A stretch of 25,054 nt of DNA, taken from a plasmid. The DNA lies in sequence record NZ_CP007673.1; one strand, written 5' to 3'. Under the pieces are notes generated by a model that did no database searches, was not told the origin of the DNA, and worked only from the letters and a program-made list of their open reading frames with translations. Shown piece after piece: positions 1 to 7,635 of the stretch (the first letter of the stretch is position 1; each line of letters starts with the position of its first letter). Both the position numbers and the translations under genes were made by a program.

Positions 1-216
1 TCCTTAGATATTTTGATTGCTATGAGTGACTTATTTGGAATTACTATAGATCATTTAATTAAAGGAGATACATGTTTTAAAAAAGTTATTTTAGAGGGAA
101 ATTATAGAGAGAACAACCGGGTACCTTTCATAGTTGATTTTCTTTATGATTTTTGGTGGCTTTTCTTTCCTGTTGCCGTATTCTTAGTTTGGGCTATTCA
201 TTCGTCCTTGGATTGA
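1..216 (+). CDS. C-terminal part of an XRE-family HTH regulator with a C-terminal hydrophobic segment. It is 5'-truncated by the window start and probably continues the gene that starts at 24940.
   Basis: The open frame begins at position 1 with ...SLDILIAMSDLFGITIDHLIKGD, a typical XRE helix 4-5 region, followed by a hydrophobic tail (WWLFFPVAVFLVWAI). The stop is at 214-216. Confidence 0.5.
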   Translation, partial: SLDILIAMSDLFGITIDHLIKGDTCFKKVILEGNYRENNRVPFIVDFLYDFWWLFFPVAVFLVWAIHSSLD

Positions 217-344
217 TTTTGAAATTGAAATTTAAGGAATGTCAGTCATAATTAAAAAAGGAAAACATTTTTATGACACCTTGAAATGAATTGATAAGAA
301 TAGAAAAGTTTACAAAAGGCAATATGGAATATATACTAAAAGTA

Positions 345-406
345 ACAAGAATTTCGTTTGTAAACGCACCAAACCCCGAACTATTGGCCGTAGTTCGGGG
401 TTTTTT
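345..406 (+). ncRNA. Candidate antisense RNA (RNAII/SprA1AS-like) of type I toxin-antitoxin locus 1
   Basis: There is a promoter with -35 TTTACA at 309-314, a 17-nt spacer and -10 TATACT at 332-337. Positions 344-370 (aacaagaatttcgtttgtaaacgcacc) are a direct repeat of 509-535 and are therefore complementary in trans to the toxin start-codon region. A 10-bp-stem intrinsic terminator with a T-run lies at 374-406 and could serve both strands. Confidence 0.4.
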
Positions 407-430
407 GGTGAATTGACTTAGTCGTCTATG

Positions 431-526
431 CTATTTTTTATCGCGTTTATGGAGCCAATAACCAAATAACGTGACCAGACAACCACTAATTACTGTTGTC
501 ATGATGTGAACAAGAATTTCATTCAT
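431..526 (-). CDS. Fst/PepA1-family type I toxin, 31 aa (MNEILVHIMTTVISGCLVTLFGYWLHKRDKK). It is below the 60-aa cutoff of the ORF track.
   Basis: The RBS GAGGAGGTG lies 6 nt upstream of ATG on the minus strand. The product is a single TM helix with a KR-rich C-terminus and resembles Fst/PepA1 (VISGC...YWL). An extended -10 promoter (TGTTATAAT, minus strand) lies near 578-586, and the 5' UTR contains the palindrome GACGTCAAcTTGACGTC. Confidence 0.6.
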   Translation of the reverse strand: MNEILVHIMTTVISGCLVTLFGYWLHKRDKK

Positions 527-874
527 AAATCGCACCTCCTCTCTACGTCAAGTTGACGTCTGAGAGATAGACGACTCTAACATTATAACAAATCTCTCCT
601 TCCATAAAATAACATGAAAGCCAAAAAGTATTTTTATGTACTAAAGACAAAAAACTACAAAAGATGGGATAAATGATGTTTGGCAATCAAAGATAAGAAG
701 CTACAAAATATGTTATCAAAGAAGGCTATCAAGATATTCATTTTCTCAATTTTGGATTGGCGAAAAGAAATCATAACTGAATAAAGATACAAAATAGTTG
801 TTGATGAAAAAATAATGAAAACACGTCATTTAGGGAAATGTATAAAAGATGCATACCCGATATCGTTGATAAAA

Positions 875-912
875 AGCTCGAAACACCGTTAAATCAGTGT
901 TTCGGGCTTTTT
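875..912. terminator. Bidirectional intrinsic terminator
   Basis: A 12-bp stem (agctcgaaacac / gtgtttcgggct, one mismatch) has an A-run upstream and a T-run downstream. Confidence 0.5.
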
Positions 913-918
913 ATGTGG

Positions 919-1014
919 TTAACATAATGTTTCAATATCAGATATTGGATACCTAACTTTTTTTATATATAAATCTTGGTTACATTTTGGACATTTCAGT
1001 GGACCTGTTTTCAT
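919..1014 (-). CDS. Small CxxC (zinc-ribbon-like) protein, 31 aa (MKTGPLKCPKCNQDLYIKKVRYPISDIETLC)
   Basis: The strong RBS AAAGGAGGAG lies just upstream of ATG on the minus strand, and the terminator at 875-912 follows immediately. The ORF is below the track cutoff. Confidence 0.3.
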   Translation of the reverse strand: MKTGPLKCPKCNQDLYIKKVRYPISDIETLC

Positions 1015-1070
1015 AATACTCCTCCTTTTATTAGTTTACATAATCGATGATTACCAGAAGTTCTCACTAT

Positions 1071-1106
1071 ATAAAAGGCACTAAAAGTTTATAACTTTTA
1101 GTGCCT
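1071..1106 (-). terminator. Intrinsic terminator downstream of par
   Basis: A 14-bp perfect stem (aggcactaaaagtt / aacttttagtgcct) with loop tata is followed by a T-run on the minus strand. Confidence 0.6.
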
Positions 1107-1117
1107 AATTAATTATT

Positions 1118-1888
1118 TTAGCTACCAAACAAACGACTCCAAAACCCCTTTTTAGGTGTTTCTACTTCCCTGTCCTCAGGTCCACTCTCTATTTCTTCAG
1201 ATAGTTTATCATCTCTCTTTAATACGTCTTCGTTTGCACTGTCATCCTTTTTCGCTTTAGTTATGCCCTTATGATTTAATTCTGCTTCTATTGGTTGTAT
1301 TTTCTTTTGTTGTTGGTTACTATTTTGATATTCTTCAGTAAAAGTTGCTTCTTGCGGATTAATGCTTTGTCTATCATTAGTCGCTGTATCAAAAGAGTAA
1401 TTAAGCTGTCTTTCTTCTTCTAATTGGTTTTCTAGTTTTTGAATCTTTTTATTACTTTCTAAAGCTAATATTTGTTGATTCTCCAACAGTTTATTTAATG
1501 TATTAACATTGCTATTTTGTTGATCTAGTTGTTTAGTTAAATTCTCAATATATTTTTCATCATTTTTAGCTCTAGTTTCAAAGATTTCTATTTGCTTTTC
1601 TAATTCATTTACTTTTGTTTTTAATGACTCAAAACCATTTGAATTATTGTATATATGCTTTTCAAACTCTGCAGTATTTTCATTAAATCTTTCTTTTTTT
1701 ATTGATTCTTTATTTTGCATTGTCCTTTCTTTCTTAGTGATCTTTTCTATAATTTTTAAACAATCATTATCATTAATATAATTAATTCCATTTTCTTTTT
1801 TAAAAGATATATTTAAGTTTTTAGCATTATTAACAATAGTTTGTTTAGTTACATTCAATTCATCAGCAACCATTTTAATAGTTTTCAT
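1118..1888 (-). CDS. par: pSK1 Par-like plasmid partition protein (DUF536) with an N-terminal HTH and a central coiled coil
   Basis: The N-terminus MKTIKMVADELNVTKQTIVNNAKNL is an HTH, followed by a long heptad, charged coiled-coil region and a disordered acidic C-terminus. It is divergent from the RepA_N rep, as in pSK1-family plasmids. The start was chosen at the ATG at 1888 with RBS AAGGA (the track ORF extends to 1933). Confidence 0.7.
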   Translation of the reverse strand: MKTIKMVADELNVTKQTIVNNAKNLNISFKKENGINYINDNDCLKIIEKITKKERTMQNKESIKKERFNENTAEFEKHIYNNSNGFESLKTKVNELEKQIEIFETRAKNDEKYIENLTKQLDQQNSNVNTLNKLLENQQILALESNKKIQKLENQLEEERQLNYSFDTATNDRQSINPQEATFTEEYQNSNQQQKKIQPIEAELNHKGITKAKKDDSANEDVLKRDDKLSEEIESGPEDREVETPKKGFWSRLFGS

Positions 1889-1899
1889 AACATTCATCC

Positions 1900-2051
1900 T
1901 TAGGTACATAAATTGGTACCTAAATTTTACCACCTAACAAATATTTTTTCATCTTTCGACATCTAAATTTACTACCTATTTCACTACTTTAGTACCTAAT
2001 TAGTCACTTATAGAAGGTTTTAACGGCTAATTAGGTACTAAAGTAGTGAAT
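1900..2051. promoter_or_regulatory. Candidate par centromere/operator: degenerate TAC(C/T)ACCTA(A/T) and GGTACCTAA repeats plus a 22-bp inverted repeat
   Basis: The repeats ggtacataaa, ggtacctaaa, taccacctaa, tactacctat and gtacctaatt lie between par and rep. A perfect inverted repeat cactactttagtacctaattag (1982-2003) / ctaattaggtactaaagtagtg (2028-2049) lies immediately upstream of par. Confidence 0.45.
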
Positions 2052-2139
2052 TTTTATCATTTTAAAGTTACAATGTTCTTTCAACTAAACTTAAAAAGCT
2101 TTATATACAATCTTAAAAGTGTTAATATTACTTTGTGAA

Positions 2140-2223
2140 TATTAAAAGAGTCGATACTATTGGCGTAGCATCGACTCTCGGTAATAAAACGATTCGCATT
2201 CGTCTGTTTATATAATTTTTTGA
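2140..2223 (-). ncRNA. Candidate antisense RNAI controlling rep (countertranscript to the rep leader)
   Basis: The minus-strand promoter has -35 TTGCAC (complement of 2254-2259), a 17-nt spacer and -10 TATAAT (complement of 2231-2236). A hairpin at 2148-2180 (gagtcgat...atcgactc) is followed by a T-run on the minus strand. The RNA would lie 110-190 nt upstream of the rep start codon, as in pSK41-family RNAI. Confidence 0.4.
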
Positions 2224-2331
2224 TACTTGTATTATATATATCTAATCATATAAGTGCAAGTACAAAACATATAACCTACGTAAAAATTGTTTTATTACCT
2301 CTATCCAAAAAGTGGAAATGAGGTTTTTATT

Positions 2332-3276
2332 ATGCCCAATTTTGAGAAATACAATTTATCACAAGTAAAAACTGAAAGATTTTACCAACTTCCTAAATAT
2401 TTGTTCGAAGATGCATATTTTAAGAAAATGTCAGCAGAAGCCAAAATTATGTATGCATTATTAAAAGATCGTTTCGAATTATCCATCCAAAATGAATGGG
2501 TAGATAGAAATAATAACATTTACTTTATTTTCAGTAATAAACATTTGTGCGAGTACTTAGGTTATGGAGAACAAAAAATCATAAAATTGAAAAAAGAGTT
2601 AGTAAATTTTAATTTATTAACTCAAGAGCGTGTTGGCCTTAATAAACCAAATAGATTATATTTATTAAAACCAAATTATGATATTGAAGCAAGTCTTACC
2701 AAGGAACTTCCAAATTCACAGTTCCAGAACAATGAATTTGGAAGTTCTAGAACTGTGAATTTAAGTGGTCAAGAACTTCCAAATTCACAGTCTAATGATA
2801 CTGAGTTAAATAATACTAATTATATAGAAAATGAGGATAATGATACGTATGATATGAATGATATTATATCTAATACTTTAATAAATAATAATCATCATTC
2901 GAATCATACAAATCATCAAAAAACTGAATTTAATAATGACGCCCTTAAGTTCCAAGTACTCGAAGAATTGCCACAACAACTTCAAGACTATTTAAGTAAA
3001 TTTGAAATTAGAGAAATTCGGATTATTAAAAGCGTATTACTCAAAGGGAAAAAGTCATTTAATACTTCACATGATACTTATTATCGTTTAGAAGATGTTG
3101 AGTTTGAAATTGTAAGTGTATTGAAACGTTTTAAAGCGATGTTGCTACAAAAGAATGAAACCGTTGAAGCTATGCAAGGTTATTTAATGCAATCCATTAA
3201 AGCTGAACTTGAAGAAACACATGCCCTTTATATGCGCCGTAAAAACATGAAACAATATAATATCTTTAATCAATAA
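2332..3276 (+). CDS. rep: RepA_N-family theta replication initiator
   Basis: The protein starts MPNFEKYNLSQVKTERFYQLPKYLFED...KMSAEAKIMYALLKDRFELS, the typical RepA_N N-terminal domain of staphylococcal multiresistance plasmids. RBS GAGG precedes the ATG at 2332. The central region is low-complexity and repeat-containing. Confidence 0.85.
   Translation: MPNFEKYNLSQVKTERFYQLPKYLFEDAYFKKMSAEAKIMYALLKDRFELSIQNEWVDRNNNIYFIFSNKHLCEYLGYGEQKIIKLKKELVNFNLLTQERVGLNKPNRLYLLKPNYDIEASLTKELPNSQFQNNEFGSSRTVNLSGQELPNSQSNDTELNNTNYIENEDNDTYDMNDIISNTLINNNHHSNHTNHQKTEFNNDALKFQVLEELPQQLQDYLSKFEIREIRIIKSVLLKGKKSFNTSHDTYYRLEDVEFEIVSVLKRFKAMLLQKNETVEAMQGYLMQSIKAELEETHALYMRRKNMKQYNIFNQ
2704..2790. repeat. Iteron-like repeats inside rep (probable oriV)
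   Basis: gaacttccaaattcacag occurs as a direct repeat at 2704-2721 and 2773-2790. Inverted copies gaatttggaagttc and ctgtgaattt lie between them. RepA_N plasmids carry their origin within the rep coding sequence. Confidence 0.45.
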
Positions 3277-3296
3277 TTCAAATGATTTTATAACAA

Positions 3297-3594
3297 TCAA
3301 AGAGACATCAAAATATTCCGTTAAATCATCTGACTTTTTAACTGATGACGACGAAAAAAATCAAGAAATTTTAAGTGATCTAGAAAAGGTTTGTATCGAA
3401 AACGTATGTTAAGTTATGGTGGATTACTTAAAGAAAAGCATAAAATTTTAAACTTAGACGATGCCGAAGATGGTAATTTGATTAATACAAGTGATGAAGA
3501 TAAAACGACAGACGAAGAAGAAAAAGCACATTCGATTACAGCAATTTGGAATTTCGAAAAGCAAAATTATTATTTAAAAAATTTAAAGAGTTAA
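3297..3594 (+). pseudogene. C-terminal fragment (about 100 aa) of a Rep_1 (pC194/pUB110-family RC) replication gene, with a frameshift
   Basis: The segment is near-identical to the C-terminus of the Rep at 9927-10815 (ETSKYSVKSSDFLTD..., then RKRMLSYGGLLKEKHKILNLDDAEDGNLINTSDEDKTTDEE). One A is missing in the aaaaagg run relative to the other copy. It abuts the stop of the RepA_N rep. Confidence 0.7.
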
Positions 3595-3598
3595 AAAT

Positions 3599-3745
3599 AT
3601 GAACACTAAAATTTTAACTGGAATGACTGGAAGTTCTTTAGAACGAAAAATCAATAATTTTATTAATGATAACCAAATCGAAGTCATTGATATTAAGTTT
3701 TCAAGTTCTGTATTTTATTTTGGGGTAATGATTATTTATAAATAA
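3599..3745 (+). CDS. Hypothetical small protein, 48 aa (MNTKILTGMTGSSLERKINNFINDNQIEVIDIKFSSSVFYFGVMIIYK)
   Basis: The ORF lies in an insertion of about 150 bp that is absent from the homologous inverted arm near 9900-9930. The insertion is flanked by short aaagagtt repeats. Confidence 0.25.
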   Translation: MNTKILTGMTGSSLERKINNFINDNQIEVIDIKFSSSVFYFGVMIIYK

Positions 3746-3794
3746 TTAAAGAGTTTAAGACATTAGTGATGACTGATGTCTTTTTTTACTGTTT

Positions 3795-3862
3795 TTTTAT
3801 AAAAAAGTACTGTCTTATTTTTTGTGACAAATGCAATATATTGTGTCACAAAAGTGTGACAC
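3795..3862. repeat. Cluster of TGTGACA(C) palindromic repeats (an RC-plasmid origin-associated element). An inverted copy lies at 9790-9885.
   Basis: ttgtgacaaatgcaatatattgtgtcacaaaagtgtgacac is mirrored by gtgtcacacttttgtgacacaatatattgcgcttgtcacagttttgtgacac on the other arm. Confidence 0.4.
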
Positions 3863-4324
3863 TTAAGCTTTTTATGACCCCACATAAAAATATTGTTGAA
3901 GCTTTGAATTGTCTGGCTTTGCCAGATACCCCATGTATACATGGGGTCAAATTTCCCTTATGCTCTTACGGAGTTACGGAGTTCTTAGAGAAAAAATAAA
4001 AATTCTCGATTTTGATAAAAAATGTCTTGCAGGAATTTAGAAAAACATGGGGGAAGTTTTAAAGGATTTTATGCTAACTTTTAATTTGCATGTAAATGGG
4101 CAGTGTTTAAAAAATAGTCATTGGTTTTATTTAAAATTTTGTTTTTGAAAATAGCATATATGTATTTGGCTCATATTTGCGTTTTAAGAGATTATGTAGG
4201 TTTTAGATAGAAAAACATATGATTTACCCCTAAATCTTTAAAATACCCCCTTAAAATTCAAAATAAAGGTATTTATAATTTGAGTAAGTCTTGTGATAAA
4301 GTTTTTTAAAAAGGAGTTTTTATT

Positions 4325-4513
4325 TTGAATAAAGACACAGTGTTAGATAAAGGTTACGTTATAGCAACTATTTTAAATGTTTTCTTTTTACTTGGATTAA
4401 TTTTTATATCTCATTTGGAAAATTTATATATATTAATTCCGTATGTTATTTTGATGGGAATAAATGCTATTTATTTGGTTGTTAAATTTATGAATTTCAA
4501 AAAGAATAATTAG
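4325..4513 (+). CDS. Hypothetical small membrane protein, 62 aa
   Basis: RBS AAAGGAG precedes the start. The product has two predicted TM helices. The ORF has no counterpart in the other arm. Confidence 0.35.
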   Translation: MNKDTVLDKGYVIATILNVFFLLGLIFISHLENLYILIPYVILMGINAIYLVVKFMNFKKNN

Positions 4514-4689
4514 AATATTTGAGGGGATTTTGAAACGAGTTTCTTCTTGTTTTCACACTATTTTTTATTCCTATTGGTGTTGTTGCTTACTTTTTGTTTT
4601 TCTATGAAGATGATGATTTTGACGAGATGGAAGAAAAATATGATTATCATGAAGATAAAAAAATAGACGACGCATTTATGCCGAGAAAA

Positions 4690-4830
4690 TTTATTGATGT
4701 TGAGAAGAACCCTTAACTAAACTTGAAGACGAATGTCGGCATAGCGTGAGTTATTAAGCCGACCATTCGACAAGTTTTGGGATTGTTAAGGGTTCCGAGG
4801 CTCAACGTCAATAAAGCAATTGGAATAAAG
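4690..4830. other. ssoA-like single-strand origin palindrome of an RC plasmid remnant
   Basis: The long imperfect palindrome ttgacgttgag...ctcaacgtcaa spans about 120 nt. The conserved CS-6-like TAGCGT lies at its centre (ggcatagcgtgag). An inverted copy lies at 8990-9120. Confidence 0.45.
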
Positions 4831-4895
4831 CACCTATGATTATTTAAAAATATAAGTTATAATACATTCAAAAACATTTTTGAATGAGGTGTATT

Positions 4896-5513
4896 ATGAT
4901 TCAAACGGTTGTTGCTGCTGCTGTTCTTTATATTGCTACAGCAGTTGATTTATTAGTAATTTTATTAATATTTTTTGCTAGAGCAAAGACTAGAAAAGAA
5001 TATAGAGATATTTATGTTGGTCAATATTTAGGGTCTATTATTTTAATATTAGTTAGTTTGTTTTTAGCTTTTGTATTAAATTATGTTCCAGAAAAGTGGA
5101 TATTAGGTTTATTGGGTTTAATACCAATTTATCTTGGAATTAAAGTGGCTATTTATGATGATTGTGAAGGAGAAAAGAGAGCTAAAAAAGAATTGAATGA
5201 AAAAGGATTGTCTAAATTAGTTGGTACGGTTGCAATTGTTACGATAGCAAGTTGTGGCGCCGATAATATTGGTTTATTTGTTCCGTATTTTGTGACATTA
5301 AGTGTTACTAATTTATTACTTACTCTGTTTGTCTTTTTAATTTTAATTTTCTTCTTGGTGTTTACTGCACAAAAATTAGCTAATATCCCAGGAATTGGAG
5401 AAATTGTTGAGAAATTTAGTCGTTGGATTATGGCTATCATTTATATAGCTTTAGGTTTATTTATTATTATTGAAAATGACACTATTCAAACAATTTTAGG
5501 ATTTATATTTTAA
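4896..5513 (+). CDS. cadD: Cadmium resistance transporter CadD
   Basis: The 205-aa polytopic membrane protein starts MIQTVVAAAVLYIATAVDLLVILLIFF and matches staphylococcal CadD. RBS GAGGTG precedes the ATG at 4896. Confidence 0.9.
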   Translation: MIQTVVAAAVLYIATAVDLLVILLIFFARAKTRKEYRDIYVGQYLGSIILILVSLFLAFVLNYVPEKWILGLLGLIPIYLGIKVAIYDDCEGEKRAKKELNEKGLSKLVGTVAIVTIASCGADNIGLFVPYFVTLSVTNLLLTLFVFLILIFFLVFTAQKLANIPGIGEIVEKFSRWIMAIIYIALGLFIIIENDTIQTILGFIF

Positions 5514-5531
5514 TTTAGGGTGTGATTTTAT

Positions 5532-5879
5532 ATGAGTTATGAAAATACTTGTGATGTGATCTGTGTACATGAGGATAAAGTTAACAATGCTTTAAGTTTT
5601 TTAGAAGATGATAAATCTAAGAAATTACTTAACATTTTAGAAAAAATTTGTGATGAGAAGAAATTGAAAATCATATTATCTTTGATTAAAGAAGATGAGT
5701 TGTGTGTTTGTGATATTTCTTTGATATTGAAAATGAGTGTTGCTTCAACTTCACATCATTTAAGGCTTTTATATAAAAATGAGGTACTTGATTTTTATAA
5801 AGATGGAAAGATGGCATATTATTTTATTAAAGACGATGAAATAAGAGAGTTTTTCTCTAAAAATCATGAGGGTTTTTGA
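5532..5879 (+). CDS. cadX: ArsR/SmtB-family metalloregulator CadX
   Basis: The protein is 115 aa with the metal-binding motifs CVCDIS and CDVICVHE and an HTH (SVASTSHHLRLL). It lies immediately downstream of cadD. Confidence 0.85.
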   Translation: MSYENTCDVICVHEDKVNNALSFLEDDKSKKLLNILEKICDEKKLKIILSLIKEDELCVCDISLILKMSVASTSHHLRLLYKNEVLDFYKDGKMAYYFIKDDEIREFFSKNHEGF

Positions 5880-5884
5880 AACGA

Positions 5885-5915
5885 GTGAAACGAGTTTCTT
5901 CTTGTCTTGATACTA
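5885..5915 (+). other. pC194-family double-strand origin (dso) nick region
   Basis: gaaacgagtttcttcttgtcttgatactata contains the conserved CTTGATA nick motif about 150 bp upstream of the rep N-terminal fragment at 6070. Confidence 0.55.
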
Positions 5916-6069
5916 TATAGAAATAACTCGATTTTATATATACAGCTGTAACTGTTGATATTACAGCGTTTAAACGTGTTTTTGTGCGTGAAAGGAAAAT
6001 TTGACAATAAAAAACCCCAGTTATATTATTAAGGTGTCGAATCTTAAATAATACTGGGGGTCTTTTTAT

Positions 6070-6170
6070 ATGCAATACAATACTACTAGATATATAGACG
6101 AAAATCAAGATAATAAAACATTAAAAGATATGATGAAAAATGGGAAACAGCGCCCATGGAGAGAAAAGAA
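6070..6170 (+). pseudogene. N-terminal 33 codons of a Rep_1 RC replication gene, truncated by IS257
   Basis: MQYNTTRYIDENQDNKTLKDMMKNGKQRPWREKK runs into the IS257 inverted repeat. Its homolog on the other arm (8438-8544) continues in frame into the Rep body at 10807 (..KKIDNL|SYADILEIL..), and it aligns with the pUB110 Rep N-terminus (..GKKRDWRGKKRRANL..). Confidence 0.6.
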
Positions 6171-6952
6171 GGTTCTGTTGCAAAGTTAGAAATATAGTAT
6201 AATAGTCAACAAAAATGAGGTGCAGAGGATGAATTATTTCAGATATAAGCAATTTGACAAAGATGTCATTACTGTAGCCGTTGGCTACTATCTAAGATAT
6301 GCATTAAGTTATCGTGATATATCTGAAATATTGAGAGAACGAGGCATCTATGTTCATCATTCAACAATTTATCGATGGGTACAGGAATATGCTCCTATTT
6401 TGTATCAAATTTGGAAGAAAAAGAATAAGCAAGCTTATTATAAATGACATATAGACGAGACGTATATCAAAATTAAAGGGCAATGGCATTATTTATATCG
6501 CGCTATTGATGCAGATGGCCATACACTAGATATTTCGTTACGTAAGAAACGAGATAATCACTCAGCATATACGTTTATTAAACAATTTGGCAAACCTCAA
6601 ATGATAATTATAGACCAAGCTCCTTCAACGAAGGTGGCAATGTCCAAAGTGATTAAAGATTTTAAACTTACCCCCAACTGTCATTGTACCTCTAAATATT
6701 TAAATAATCTCATTGAACAAGATCATCGTCATATCAAAGTAAGGAAAATAAGTTATCAAAGTATCAATACGGCAAAGAATACGATCAAAGGCATTGAATG
6801 TATTTATGGACTATATAAAAAGAACCGCAGATCTCTTCAGATCTACGGGTTTTCGCCATGCCGTGTAATTAGCATCATGCTAGCTAGTTAATACGAAGTA
6901 TTATTTTAAACATAAGGTTAGACACTTATTTTTTTAACTTTGCAACAGAACC
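6171..6952 (+). mobile_element. IS257/IS431 copy 1 with a defective transposase
   Basis: Terminal IRs GGTTCTGTTGCAAAGTT lie at 6171 and (inverted) at 6936-6952. The transposase (6229-6891) has a TGG to TGA nonsense codon at 6445-6447 (W76*) and a 12-bp in-frame deletion removing RLIK, relative to copy 3. Confidence 0.85.
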
Positions 6953-7091
6953 GCAAAATGTCTATTATTAATTGTAAAGATATCTCATTATGTCTTTGCT
7001 AAAGTTTAAATAAATATAATTTTACATAGTGATACTCTACTCAAGACTATATATTAGGATGTCAGGATATTTTTAATTCCTCTAATCTTTA

Positions 7092-7463
7092 TTGGGTATA
7101 ATTAAAGGAAATATAAAGACTGGGGGAATAAAAGAGTTACACGCTAAAAGGTTGGTTAGTTTGTTGAAATCTAATAAAAAATATTATCTTTATATAGGAT
7201 TTCAAGAATGTCCGTATTGCCGAGATTTTTCTGAAACATTAAGAGAATTTAGTAGTAATGCCAATCTCCCTATTTATTATTTTAATTTAAACAGTGGAAA
7301 CTCTAAACTAAATGAATCAGATAAAAAGTTCATAGAAAAGGTATTGAACGAAAGTGTAAATTTAAGAGGAACTCCTACATTTTTAAAGATTGAAAAGAAA
7401 AAAATAATTGCTAAATTTGAAGGTTCTCAGACAACAATTAGAGATTTAAATGATATTAATTAA
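7092..7463 (+). CDS. Thioredoxin-like protein with a CPYC motif (bacteriocin-accessory/thiol-disulfide type). The N-terminus may be truncated by IS257.
   Basis: FQECPYCRDF is a CxxC active site within a thioredoxin-fold-like context. No clear signal peptide or start context is present, and the IS257 right end is only about 140 bp upstream. Confidence 0.5.
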   Translation: MGIIKGNIKTGGIKELHAKRLVSLLKSNKKYYLYIGFQECPYCRDFSETLREFSSNANLPIYYFNLNSGNSKLNESDKKFIEKVLNESVNLRGTPTFLKIEKKKIIAKFEGSQTTIRDLNDIN

Positions 7464-7475
7464 AGTATATAAGGT

Positions 7476-7635
7476 GTGAAAACTATGTATAAAAATTTTG
7501 ACTTATTTTTAGGTATTGTATCATTACTATCTGCAATAATCATTTATATTATTGATTCAGATAGTAAAGGGATAGCTCTCGTAGTTTTAATAATGGGGAT
7601 AGTATTTATTTTGACTAGTATGATACGAAAAAAAG
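7476..7635 (+). CDS. Small 2-TM membrane protein, with its C-terminus fused into the IS257 terminal repeat
   Basis: RBS AAGGTG precedes the start. The ORF MKTMYKNFDLFLGIVSLLSAIIIYII... runs into the IS257 IR at 7636, and its stop lies inside the IS. Confidence 0.3.

Noticed and set aside
700-790. 24-aa + strand ORF MLSKKAIKIFIFSILDWRKEIITE
   Set aside because: It has no RBS and no conservation cue. The nearby terminator is better explained by the minus-strand CxxC ORF.
3391-3594. 67-aa ORF as an independent gene
   Set aside because: It is the tail of a Rep_1 pseudogene fragment and lacks an N-terminal domain. Its apparent ATG is internal to the rep frame.
3766-3999. 77-aa ORF (MMTDVFFYCFFIKKYCLIFCDKCNIL...)
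   Set aside because: It lies across the TGTGACA palindromic repeat cluster and the AT-rich origin-like region, and its Cys/Phe-rich composition is an artefact of translating palindromes. It has no RBS, and the equivalent sequence on the inverted arm has no conserved frame.
5153-6108. Minus-strand ORFs 5153-5440 and 5857-6108
   Set aside because: They are embedded antisense within cadD and across the dso/terminator region, with no RBS and low-complexity products.
6220-6891. Two separate ORFs (75 aa and 96 aa) inside IS257 copy 1
   Set aside because: They are the N- and C-terminal pieces of one transposase gene broken by a TGA nonsense codon. They are reported as a defective IS rather than as genes.
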